Virus record (IMG/VR): IMGVR_UViG_3300045988_137301
Direction: 5' to 3' (one strand)
From: a virus
Length of the DNA stretch: 64,000 nt
Part shown: in pieces, positions 14,631 to 23,511 of the stretch
Numbering within the stretch: the stretch's first letter is position 1
How the letters are laid out: every line of letters begins with the position of its first letter
The notes under the pieces: model-generated
Seen by the model: the letters and a program-made list of their open reading frames with translations, nothing else
Told to the model about the DNA's origin: nothing
Database searches by the model: none
Program-made: the position numbers and the translations under genes

Positions 14631-15233
14631 TCAATAGTTTCCATGTTTCAATTCATCTCTTCTCTCAGTTAATTTCTCATTAACTACAGCCATTATTCTG
14701 TTTTCATTAACTACTACAAATCCTAATTTGTAGAATGGGACCATACATTCACTAGCTATGGTATAGAATACTATATCTCCAGGTTTTAAAAATTCGCATT
14801 TATGTCCAACCTCGATAACAGTTCCTACCTTGATAAATTGCTGTTCCTCCTCTATTTCTCCAGTTTCATTAGACTTATAGGTTGGAGTAAATCCACCTAA
14901 ATCTGTAATTAATCCACTTTTCGTAGTTTTGATTTTTTGAAATGGATTTTGTTCAAAGGGTTTAATTAGTGCATACCCATACATGGGCATTATTTCTACT
15001 CCATTCATATCCTCCGATAAGGACTTAGCATAGGATTCTAATGCTTCATTGTGTTTTGCGAATTTATCTTCAAGTTCATCTACTGCAGTATTAAACTTTT
15101 CTTGTTTCTCTCTCAATAATGTTTGATCTGCAGCTTCTCCATTCATAATAAAGTGCTCTCCTGTACCTTCCATCCCGGTTATAGCTAATGCCATCTTTTC
15201 TTTACTGTTTAACTCTGTTCTTAATGTTTCCAT
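14631..15233 (-). CDS. GroES/Hsp10-like co-chaperonin domain protein (standard code)
   Basis: Listed ORF. C-terminal KVGTVIEVG...LKPGDIVFY pattern is typical of the GroES fold, cf. T4 gp31-type co-chaperonins. Confidence 0.4.
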   Translation of the reverse strand: METLRTELNSKEKMALAITGMEGTGEHFIMNGEAADQTLLREKQEKFNTAVDELEDKFAKHNEALESYAKSLSEDMNGVEIMPMYGYALIKPFEQNPFQKIKTTKSGLITDLGGFTPTYKSNETGEIEEEQQFIKVGTVIEVGHKCEFLKPGDIVFYTIASECMVPFYKLGFVVVNENRIMAVVNEKLTERRDELKHGNY

Positions 15234-15239
15234 AATTCA

Positions 15240-15491
15240 TTACCATTTACCTAGATCACAATGTTCATTATCTACTCTAGTTTTATTCTCTAGTATACAT
15301 CCACACTCCCTACATACTTCTCCTAGAGAAGTATTTAGTTTAGCGGAGCATTTTCTGCAGATGTTTAATCTCTTTATTGACAAATCTTGATTTATGCCAA
15401 GTATATTAAACCACATACTTTTTAGTATTGTTAAAGGCTTGGTAAATATTGCCTTAATCCATTTCTTAGATATTTCTTTAGTGAGTATCAT
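15240..15491 (-). CDS. Small Cys-rich (zinc-ribbon-like) protein
   Basis: Listed ORF with CRKC...CRECGC. Confidence 0.35.
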   Translation of the reverse strand: MILTKEISKKWIKAIFTKPLTILKSMWFNILGINQDLSIKRLNICRKCSAKLNTSLGEVCRECGCILENKTRVDNEHCDLGKW

Positions 15492-15534
15492 ATAAACTTT
15501 ATTTGGGTTGCTGGAATTCCGTATAATAATTCAT

Positions 15535-15750
15535 TTACCATTTTTTAGCTGGACAATGTTTTTTCTCATTAGGTATCTTCAATTCTAAAAGGCACCCACA
15601 CCCCTTTATGTATCCTTTTTTTGGACTAATGCTTATGTCGTTACTTTCTGGATTCAAATATAGTTGTCCATTACATACTCCATCTTCCTGGTTACATATT
15701 GGACATCGTCTACATATCTGCCATCGTTCTTCTATTTCTTCTAGTGTCAT
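15535..15750 (-). CDS. Small Cys-rich (zinc-ribbon-like) protein
   Basis: Listed ORF with CRRCPIC...CGC...HC. Confidence 0.35.
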   Translation of the reverse strand: MTLEEIEERWQICRRCPICNQEDGVCNGQLYLNPESNDISISPKKGYIKGCGCLLELKIPNEKKHCPAKKW

Positions 15751-15752
15751 AG

Positions 15753-16667
15753 TTAATATTCAATACGTTGACGTCTTTTTCTATTTTCTGCTAATATAGA
15801 TTCTTTCTTATAAAAAGATAACATCTTAATTACTTCATCTTTTAAGTAAGGTAGGTGATATACTGCCATATTATCAGTATGATCGAAGTGTACCAAAACT
15901 AAGTCTTCAATCTCAAATTCTGGGTTTAACTTTTGAATCATCCAAGCATAGGTGCTTAATTGAAGACAATAATGATTAAAATTACAATCATCCAAATTAT
16001 TTAAAGGATATTTCATTTTCACTGATGACTTATTTTTTGAATCAAAAAAGCTCTTTGTTTCTATTTTTTTGTTAGTCTTCCAGTCTCCGATAATTATTTT
16101 ATTACCTTTTTTAACTAATAAGTCGATTTGTCCTGCTATTCTAAGTTTCCCATCTTCAGATACTCTAGATATTAAATACTCAGGGTATATACCATTTTCT
16201 AAGTCTAGATTATTATGGTCCTTTATACATTCAAACTTACCACCTATTTGATATTTACTAAGATCTATATCTTTTTTCTTTTTGTAAAATGAGTTTTCTA
16301 AATCTGCATGAATTCTAGTTCCTCTTTCGCAAGAATTTCGATTTTCTTCATCCCACATATCTAAGATAGTTTGCTGTTCTTTGTTGAACTCGTCTTCGGT
16401 AATATTATGAAGTTCAAGCAGAACTTTATCAAATTTCTTAGTATTCAACAGAGACTTTTTTTCAATAGCCCAATCTTCTTTAGATAGGAGTTTCTCCAAT
16501 GCTTTGTAAGCGGACCAAAACTCTTTATCAAATGGTTGGGTGAAAGAATGAATTAGAGTTGTTACTGATATAAACTTCTGTTCTGGTTTTGTAACATCGT
16601 AATAAATATGAGCTTCCTCTTCAAAAGCTATATTCCCATTTTGTTTTGTAATTTTACTTTTGTCCAT
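15753..16667 (-). CDS. PD-(D/E)XK family nuclease/exonuclease
   Basis: Listed ORF. 'GQIDLLVKKGNKIIIGDWKTNKK' matches the D...(D/E)xK core of RecB/Cas4/lambda-exo-like nucleases. Confidence 0.5.
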   Translation of the reverse strand: MDKSKITKQNGNIAFEEEAHIYYDVTKPEQKFISVTTLIHSFTQPFDKEFWSAYKALEKLLSKEDWAIEKKSLLNTKKFDKVLLELHNITEDEFNKEQQTILDMWDEENRNSCERGTRIHADLENSFYKKKKDIDLSKYQIGGKFECIKDHNNLDLENGIYPEYLISRVSEDGKLRIAGQIDLLVKKGNKIIIGDWKTNKKIETKSFFDSKNKSSVKMKYPLNNLDDCNFNHYCLQLSTYAWMIQKLNPEFEIEDLVLVHFDHTDNMAVYHLPYLKDEVIKMLSFYKKESILAENRKRRQRIEY

Positions 16668-16872
16668 TAATCATAATTCATTTAATCATTTGTCATATTT
16701 ATCTATATTTATTTGATACTTTTCAAGTATATTAATATTCTTTGTAAGACACAAATTAATATTGAATAGAATAACTTAAAAATACAAAACATGAATAAAA
16801 ACGAAGAAACCTCAGAAAGTTGGCATTCTAACTTACTCAATAAGTTTAGAAATATCACTATTGGAGCAGCTA

Positions 16873-17822
16873 TGGCAGAAAGTCCTGCAGTAATGATTGC
16901 TTCCGGATGGAGGCAAAATAATAAAGGAGATTATGTTCAGGATTAGCAAGATAGTGAAGGAGTTAAACAGTTGAGGGACAATTTATCTAGTATTTCTGAA
17001 ATGTCTCCAACTAATCCAGCAGGAGTTACTCTATTTGGAATAGGCAGGGGAATATAGTTTGGGTTATAGAAACTTCCCCAGATATAGAAAATGTTAACAC
17101 ACCCTACTTGGCAAAAGATATACCATGGTAGCCCATTTAATTTCACATGGAAATAGGCTAGAAACTCGTCAAGGAGTAGCATAGGATTGCATGTTACCCC
17201 TAATAAGAAGATTGCAGATTCTTTCAATTCTGGAAGTCCTGTTCTTGAGGGATACGCTCCTAAGCCCAAAGTAGAAACTATAGATATCGGATTCAACAAT
17301 TATGATTTAGTAAATCCTAAATATACCATGTAGGCGAAGCCGGCAAATAGCGGAAACTATTACGATATTGTTCTTCCAGACACTAAAAGAATACAAATGT
17401 TAGAAAGAGCAGGAGCTAATCCAACCATTTCTGTGAAGACAAAAGGCAAAAAGAGTGGAAATATTTATAAGCTAAACACTGAAAACACTGTTAATCTTAA
17501 TTTACAAAAAGAATTGAAATTGTCTAAATCTGCAACGCAAAAGGCAAATAATATTATACAAAGATCCAGAGCTGATTTTTAGAACAAGGATGAGATACTA
17601 AATAAGGAAACTTCTGATCTACTATCGAAAGACGGAGTTAAAACAATTAGGTATCAAAATGTTAATCCTACAGAAGGAGGTGGTGGGGAATCTTGGATAC
17701 TAACCGATCCTTCTATAGTTTGGAATCCTACCTGGAAACCAGTAGGAATTAATTTAGATTTTAGAAGAATCTCTCCTTTAATACCTTTGATACATGAAAA
17801 AATTGATAAAATTACTGAATAA
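16873..17822 (+). CDS. Hypothetical protein (~316 aa) with ~8 in-frame TAG
   Basis: Frame verified triplet by triplet from 16873 to about 17520, then joined to the ORF listed as 17397..17582 and on to TAA at 17820-17822. There is a 1-nt frame ambiguity between my count and the ORF track near 17397/17520. Confidence 0.4.
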
Positions 17823-17925
17823 TTATATCAAAAATTACAGAATAGAAAAGAGATATAAGAAAGAACATAAAGAATTTATAGAGTCTTTTCCCTTTATTAG
17901 AACAGAGAAGGAATATAAAAATATA

Positions 17926-18201
17926 ATGAATAAAGACTATAAGAATATGTCAGACTTAGAAAAAGAATAGGTGACACAGTATATAGGTATTCAATGTAGT
18001 TCCTTTACTACTAATAGTTATTGGGTCAGAGTATCTAGTTAGGATACAGAAAGACATTTAAGAAAGGAAATAGATATATTTGAATTATAGAAACATCTTA
18101 GCGATCCTACATTAGATAGTCCTTCAGATATATATTTAGGAGGTATACACTTTATATTAGATAAATTAAATTTAACATATTCTATATACAGAAACATTTA
18201 A
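17926..18201 (+). CDS. Small hypothetical protein (91 aa) with 3 in-frame TAG
   Basis: ATG at 17926, TAA at 18199-18201: MNKDYKNMSDLEKE(Q)VTQYIGIQCSSFTTNSYWVRVSS(Q)DTERHLRKEIDIFEL(Q)KHL... Confidence 0.3.
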
Positions 18202-18494
18202 TGAACAAAGTAGAAATATTAGGATGTCCTATTTTTAAGAGCGGAATTCGTATTAAAAAGGAAAATAGAGGTAAATTTACAGCTTCTGCCAAGGCTGCGG
18301 GATAGTCTGTGTAGGAACATGCAAGGTCAGTGTTAAACGATCCAAATGCAACCCCCTTGTAGAAGAAAAGAGCGAACTTTGCTAGAAATGCTAAAAAGTG
18401 GAAACATTAGATTGGGGGAGTTCTGAAAATGTATGAAAGTTTCAATGGGCATTTCGATAGTTATGCTGGGAATTTAAAAAAAAAGAACTTCCTA
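18201..18494 (+). CDS. Small basic hypothetical protein with in-frame TAG
   Basis: ATG overlaps the previous stop (TAATG). Frame traced to TAA at ~18492. Confidence 0.25.
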
Positions 18495-19012
18495 AACACT
18501 AGGAAGGAGGCAAAGCATGGATCACTAATTGGTTGAAATCTAGATAGGAGTAGTTTCAAAACAATTATAATGAAGCTAGATTACGTGTAAGAAACGATGC
18601 AGAAAATATAAGTAAGCAACCATACTGGGATAATCCAGAAGAAGTCTACTCTAGACTAATGCAGATTAGACATGATGCAAACCTCAAACCTGACTAGACT
18701 ATAGATAGTTAGATGTTAAATAAAATAAGAAAGAGAGTCAGTCCTCTATTGAATCAAACATTTATGAATAGATATACTGATGATTCCTTACTTAAACTAT
18801 TTAACGAAGTTGCTTATTCTAATAATAGAAATTATGAAATATCATGATGTTGTAAATTTATCTAAGCTGGGATACATTTTTATGTTACCTAAATTTGTAG
18901 GATATTTTAAATGGGATTTTGGTAAGGATTGTTTAATTTTTAACAATAAGGATTATAGATGCAAAGCAGACAAATTAGATATTTAGAATAGAGACGATTT
19001 TTATTATATTAT

Positions 19013-19246
19013 ATGAAGTTTATTTCTTTCTTAAAAGATGTAGTAACCTCATAGTCTGGAATTAGTAGCAAAAGAGTATGTGGACTACTTGGGTGGTTAT
19101 TGTGTTTAGGAGTTCTAGTGTATTGTACTGTTACTTCTAAATAGGCTCCAGTTATGATTGATACTATTGTGTGGTGTTGTATGGGATTGCTTGGAATTGA
19201 TTCAGTAACTGGAATATGGAAAAAGTTTGATAAGAAGAATGTATAA
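19013..19246 (+). CDS. Small membrane protein (77 aa, two hydrophobic segments, holin-like) with 2 in-frame TAG
   Basis: MKFISFLKDVVTS(Q)SGISSKRVCGLLGWLLCLGVLVYCTVTSK(Q)APVMIDTIVWCCMGLLGIDSVTGIWKKFDKKNV. Start and stop are in frame (231 nt). Confidence 0.35.
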
Positions 19247-19253
19247 TAAAATA

Positions 19254-19293
19254 GGTGAGCCTAGATTTAATTGTCTAAGCTCACCTATTTTTG
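19254..19293. terminator. Rho-independent-type terminator hairpin between convergent gene sets
   Basis: ggtgagc...gctcacc stem followed by tattttt. Confidence 0.4.
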
Positions 19294-19500
19294 GTTGTTA
19301 CATTCACAAGTGATTCCATTTGGTCCTGCCCACCAATATTTGTCCAAAGATGGGGTTCTGATACCGCTGGGCCAGTTATAAGCTGGAGTAATTTCCTCTA
19401 CTATAGCTTCCATTATCTTAAATAGTGTATCTAAATCTAGCTCCGGAAGTAGCTCATGAATATTAGTTATTGTTTTCTTATAGTCTATCATATCCTTCAA
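19285..19500 (-). CDS. Hypothetical protein
   Basis: Listed ORF. Confidence 0.35.
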   Translation of the reverse strand: MKDMIDYKKTITNIHELLPELDLDTLFKIMEAIVEEITPAYNWPSGIRTPSLDKYWWAGPNGITCECNNQK

Positions 19501-19738
19501 AAGTGTCGTTAATAATTGCTTTCTTTATTGTAGTATCTTTATATAAACCATATTGTAGTATATTTCTTACTTGATGGTCTACTTGATTCCATAATATATC
19601 TAATAATATAGAAGAATCATCTGAAAGACTATGTTGCGGATAGCTAGCCTTTAAACTGCTAAGTACTTTTCCATTAATGTAAATGTCAAATATGAAATTT
19701 TTTATATCATCTGTAGTTTCCATATTAGTACGATACAC
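19478..19738 (-). CDS. Hypothetical protein
   Basis: Listed ORF. Confidence 0.35.
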   Translation of the reverse strand: MYRTNMETTDDIKNFIFDIYINGKVLSSLKASYPQHSLSDDSSILLDILWNQVDHQVRNILQYGLYKDTTIKKAIINDTFEGYDRL

Positions 19739-19887
19739 TTAACTTATTTAAGTCATCTAGATAATTCAAGAACCATTGTTCGTTTTGTTTTCCTTCTTCT
19801 ACAATAGTATTAATTAAAGATTCTGTAGCTAATAGTGTTATTTCTGCTAGTTCCTCTAATTCCGATTTAGTAAGTTTGTTATATCTT

Positions 19888-20202
19888 TCAATCAAGTTTA
19901 ACATAATCCATCCAATCTTTTATATATGATTTACATTGTTCTAAATCTGGATAGATGCTTGTTACAGAATGCCCAGTTTTTGGATTTTTGAAGTGATGTA
20001 ATTTCAATTCTCTTTCCTTCTCTTCTGTGTTTCTATTTAAAGTTCTATTCCAGTATTCATATTTTTCGTCTAACTTTTCAATGCTGCACTCTTCTAATAT
20101 TTTCATATTAGGATTATTTATTATCTTATTATATTTTCTTTTTAAGTTAGACACTTTTATTATATCACTTCCGTTTAATACGATTGCTGCACACTGCTTC
20201 AT
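19888..20202 (-). CDS. Hypothetical protein
   Basis: Listed ORF. Confidence 0.35.
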   Translation of the reverse strand: MKQCAAIVLNGSDIIKVSNLKRKYNKIINNPNMKILEECSIEKLDEKYEYWNRTLNRNTEEKERELKLHHFKNPKTGHSVTSIYPDLEQCKSYIKDWMDYVKLD

Positions 20203-20267
20203 TATTATATATTTTTACCTAACCGAGGTGTTGCCCTACTAGGATTCGAACCCAGACTAAATGATTT

Positions 20268-21267
20268 CATTTTACACCGTTTTGCGGATTAGACTATCAC
20301 ATCCAGTCCTAAGACCAGTCCCTCTGTTTAGTCGTTCACGCTGCACGTAAATACTGCTTGCGCCTTGTCACTTGTTTGCTTCCAAGTCAATTAAGAGGGA
20401 TTCTACTTAAAGGTTATTTATTATTCTTTAAGCATCCAATAATTTGAAATAATAATTATTCCACAATTTATCAATGTTTCTTAATAGAGTATTTCTACAG
20501 GTTTTTAGTAATTTAGTTTTAACTAAATTATTATTCATTAAATATTCACAGCATTCAGAAATAGAACCAAACCTATTTAATTCTTCCATATTAGAATCAT
20601 ACTGTATAATATATTTCTGATTAGACTTTCCAAGTCCTGCATCTGAAATAATTTGTTTTATAACTGAATGTTTTACATTTAATACTTCTGCGACCTTTTT
20701 CTGATTTTTTAATTCTAGATATTTTCCTATAACTAAATCTTTTAACTCTTCTGTAATATCATATTTAGATTCAGTTATTTTTTGATTTCTAGAACCATAA
20801 GTATCAGTCTGACTGTGGCAATTAGGACATAGAAACCTTAAATTCTCTAACCTATTATCATTGTTTTCACCATTAATGTGATCAAGTTCTAATGATAATG
20901 TTCTTCCATTCCACTCTGTTATTCCACATATAGCACACTTGTAAGGAATTAAATTATCCTGTATAATTGTTCTCCTTAATATATTTCTATTATGTTTAGA
21001 ACCTTTACAAAACAATTTATCTTTATCTATTTTTTTAAGTTCATTACTAGTTGCTATTGCAGACTTTCCTCTAAAATTCTTTCCTGATAAATTAAGATCT
21101 GTCATTCTTTGTTTAACTTGCGAATATCCCCATGAATTTCCTTTCGTAGTATAACCAAGTTTAAATAAAACTTCTGAGGTGTTAAGACTTGACTTAACTA
21201 AGTCTATAAATTCCTCGTCTGTAAGTTTATAAATTTTATTTTCCATAATTATTAATTCAAATTCTTA
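20268..21267 (-). mobile_element. Group-I-like self-splicing intron (~1.0 kb) carrying an HNH homing endonuclease ORF
   Basis: Interrupts the tRNA anticodon loop. The 3' region contains a P7/R-S-like stretch gaacgactaaac...gatagtctaatccgc. The ORF fills most of the intron. Confidence 0.45.
20428..21246 (-). CDS. HNH homing endonuclease (intron-encoded)
   Basis: Listed ORF. CAICGITEWNG...ELDHINGENNDNRLENLRFLCPNCH is an HNH motif. Confidence 0.65.
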   Translation of the reverse strand: MENKIYKLTDEEFIDLVKSSLNTSEVLFKLGYTTKGNSWGYSQVKQRMTDLNLSGKNFRGKSAIATSNELKKIDKDKLFCKGSKHNRNILRRTIIQDNLIPYKCAICGITEWNGRTLSLELDHINGENNDNRLENLRFLCPNCHSQTDTYGSRNQKITESKYDITEELKDLVIGKYLELKNQKKVAEVLNVKHSVIKQIISDAGLGKSNQKYIIQYDSNMEELNRFGSISECCEYLMNNNLVKTKLLKTCRNTLLRNIDKLWNNYYFKLLDA

Positions 21268-21957
21268 AGAGTCATCTGTGCTCACCATTACACCATAGGG
21301 CAATATTTATTTCTCCTCTTTTAGTTTCTGTAACTCATTTTGGAGTCTCTCATTATCCTGTAATAAAGCCTTTATGTTAGCATCAAGATTTGCCAAAATC
21401 ATTCTTATTTGAACTATTTGCTCAAGCATATTTAGATAGGGCTTTTATTTTATTCTTTGCTACTGTTGATAAGGCTTTCTTGAATTTAATTATTCCGGCT
21501 CTTACTGAATCTATATTATCGCTATATATACATTCCTGGATTCTTTTTAGTTCGTCGTTTCCCAGAAATTCACAAACTGATACAAATAAATCATCATCTA
21601 GCTCTTCTATTTCTCTTTGAAAAGCTCTAGCTTCATTATCTTTATAAGAAATTTCTATTCTTAAAGAATTTTCATCTGAATTTGATTTTAAAGTAAAACC
21701 ATCGTTACTATATTCATAGTATCTATTTTCATTAATAGCTTTTACTAGTTCATTAAACTAGTTCTCGTCAAAAAATGTTTCTAAATTTGTTTTCATAAGC
21801 TTCTTTTGTTTTAGTTATATACAACTATATGGCCATGATTGTTAAATACAAAGTTAAAAAATTCTAATTGAAAATTCTTAAATTTTAATTATTTAGTCGG
21901 AAACAGGTACAGGTACTTTATATAAATATCCCCCTGGGGTTTTAATAAATCCGGAAT

Positions 21958-22815
21958 TTAGAAATTAGAAATATTATTATATAAGTCCAAAATTAATTTT
22001 TTAAATTCTTCTGTTGTCATATCATTCTTAGCAGTGTTTACTCTATTAGTTGTAATAACAATATTTCCTTCTATGTACCCTAGATTACTATCTATCCTAT
22101 CTATTGAGTAATCTTTGTAATTCTCCGGAATTAATCCTGTATAATAATCTTTAAATTCTTGCTTTAACAAAAGCCCTCTGATATAATCTTCCGATATGGT
22201 ATACTCCATTATTTTGCTTCTAAGTCTCCATCCTTGTTTTGACTTTTGATATAAAAAACTAGCAATTAGTTCTTCTTGACTAGTATTCTCTGTTATTACT
22301 ATTGGTTTTTTAGGTGAATCAGTTTTATAACCATGTTCCGTTTTTATTGCATTAGACGGAAGTAACCCTGATACTAGTTTAGAATTATTTTTTAAATATT
22401 GTAAATAATTATCTCCTACTATACTTTCTATATTAGAAATCATTTTATTCAAATTTGTAATATTTTCATTTCTGTTTACTCTCCTAGCTATTTCCTTTTT
22501 AGACAAATCTTCTGTAATATTCTGTTCCAGGCACCTTAGTAAGAAGCTTTTCTGAAAATTATTTAATTCTTTATTTAATATAAATCTTGGACATCCTACA
22601 TGATCTAATATTTTATATCTATGATAAAATCCATTTTTTGTGTAGTTTTCTATCTTTTTTAATTCAACTAAATTCCTTAGAGATTCTGCTAGTGTATCAG
22701 TAGCATATCCGAAGGTTCTGTTTAACTCAGTGCCACTAAAATTTGAAAATCCGTCACTCTCTTCATAGGCATTAATTATTGCCAATAATACATTTAAATT
22801 TTTCTTCATATCCAT
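21958..22815 (-). CDS. HNH_3-type homing endonuclease-like protein
   Basis: Listed ORF. The C-terminal IDRIDSNLGYIEGNIVITTNRVNTAKNDMT motif is characteristic of HNH_3 (I-HmuI-like) nucleases. Confidence 0.45.
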   Translation of the reverse strand: MDMKKNLNVLLAIINAYEESDGFSNFSGTELNRTFGYATDTLAESLRNLVELKKIENYTKNGFYHRYKILDHVGCPRFILNKELNNFQKSFLLRCLEQNITEDLSKKEIARRVNRNENITNLNKMISNIESIVGDNYLQYLKNNSKLVSGLLPSNAIKTEHGYKTDSPKKPIVITENTSQEELIASFLYQKSKQGWRLRSKIMEYTISEDYIRGLLLKQEFKDYYTGLIPENYKDYSIDRIDSNLGYIEGNIVITTNRVNTAKNDMTTEEFKKLILDLYNNISNF

Positions 22816-23070
22816 TATTTTTTTTAGTTATATCCAATGATACTATCAATTTCTGACATTCCCAAATAGTCCGGACTAAAAAGTCATATATCAATATTAT
22901 GTATATCTTTTGTTAGTTTTATATTAATCAGTTTATCTGTATATATAAAATATTACAGAGAGATAAGAATTATGGTGCACAACCCCTTTAGTCCCCCCCT
23001 GTATATTGATATAAAACTAAAATAAAAACAGAAATTCAAATTAAGTAATAATAATTTAAAATTTAAAGTT

Positions 23071-23511
23071 ATGACATTAGAAGAATTAAAAGACCAGAAT
23101 GTAAGTGTGGAAGACCGTGCGAAAGCAATAGTAACCTCATTGGGTTTGGAAGGTGACGAGCGTTCAGTAGTTGTTGGCTTATCAAAGGGGGACAAGTTTA
23201 AACTTGTTGCCATGAATAAGGTGGAACTACCAACGCTTAACAACCAAAACGGTACATTTACACCTATCACATTCACGACTGACAAAGGTGCTACTATCGG
23301 CGCAAAACACTTTGCGGGAATGGAAATCGACGACGAAGCTCCGGCTATTGGTTCAACTCCGTTAGAAAATGCGGCCTTTCTTGTTTGGTGCATTGACCAC
23401 AACGTAGTATTTAGGGTTACGATGAAAACATCGGAAGAAGTCGAAGCGTCCGGTGACCGTCCTGCCTATATGAAAAATACTTACAAGTTGGCAGTTGAGG
23501 ACTACGAGTAA
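23071..23511 (+). CDS. Hypothetical protein encoded in an unusually GC-rich patch
   Basis: Listed ORF. Codon usage is markedly more GC-rich than its surroundings. The overlapping minus-strand ORF 22953..23402 is judged spurious. Confidence 0.5.
   Translation: MTLEELKDQNVSVEDRAKAIVTSLGLEGDERSVVVGLSKGDKFKLVAMNKVELPTLNNQNGTFTPITFTTDKGATIGAKHFAGMEIDDEAPAIGSTPLENAAFLVWCIDHNVVFRVTMKTSEEVEASGDRPAYMKNTYKLAVEDYE

Larger units (their letters stand above)
1..14636 (-). other. Late/structural gene block encoded with in-frame TAG codons (TAG read through, most likely as Gln); only partly resolved into genes
   Basis: Minus-strand frames run for kilobases with TAG as the only 'stop' and end at TAA/TGA. 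Traced in detail for the tail fiber, a 62-aa ORF, TerL and the TerS-like gene. The six-frame track shows only short ORFs here. Confidence 0.6.
20231..21302 (-). tRNA. Intron-containing tRNA, inferred amber suppressor tRNA-Sup(CUA) of Gln type; exons 21302..21268 and 20267..20231
   Basis: Minus-strand 5' exon: tgcccta tg gtg taatggtgag cac a gatga ctct. Minus-strand 3' exon: aaa tcatt tagt ctggg ttcgaat cctag tagggca a. Acceptor stem 7/7 complementary with U1:A72; anticodon stem gatga/tcatt; canonical T arm. The group I rule (exon ends in U, intron ends in G) fits only the junction giving loop ctct|aaa, hence anticodon CUA. The D-loop taatggtgag resembles E. coli tRNA-Gln. Confidence 0.5.

Noticed and set aside
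16791-16922. ATG at 16791 as the start of the long TAG-containing plus-strand gene
   Set aside because: In that frame a TAA occurs at ~16920. The long frame is +1 relative to it and first offers an ATG at ~16873. The 44-codon ORF from 16791 may be a separate small ORF or reflect a 1-nt counting discrepancy.
22953-23402. Minus-strand ORF overlapping 23071..23511
   Set aside because: It is antisense to a better, compositionally coherent plus-strand ORF. Its sequence is low-complexity and hydrophobic with no homology-like features.
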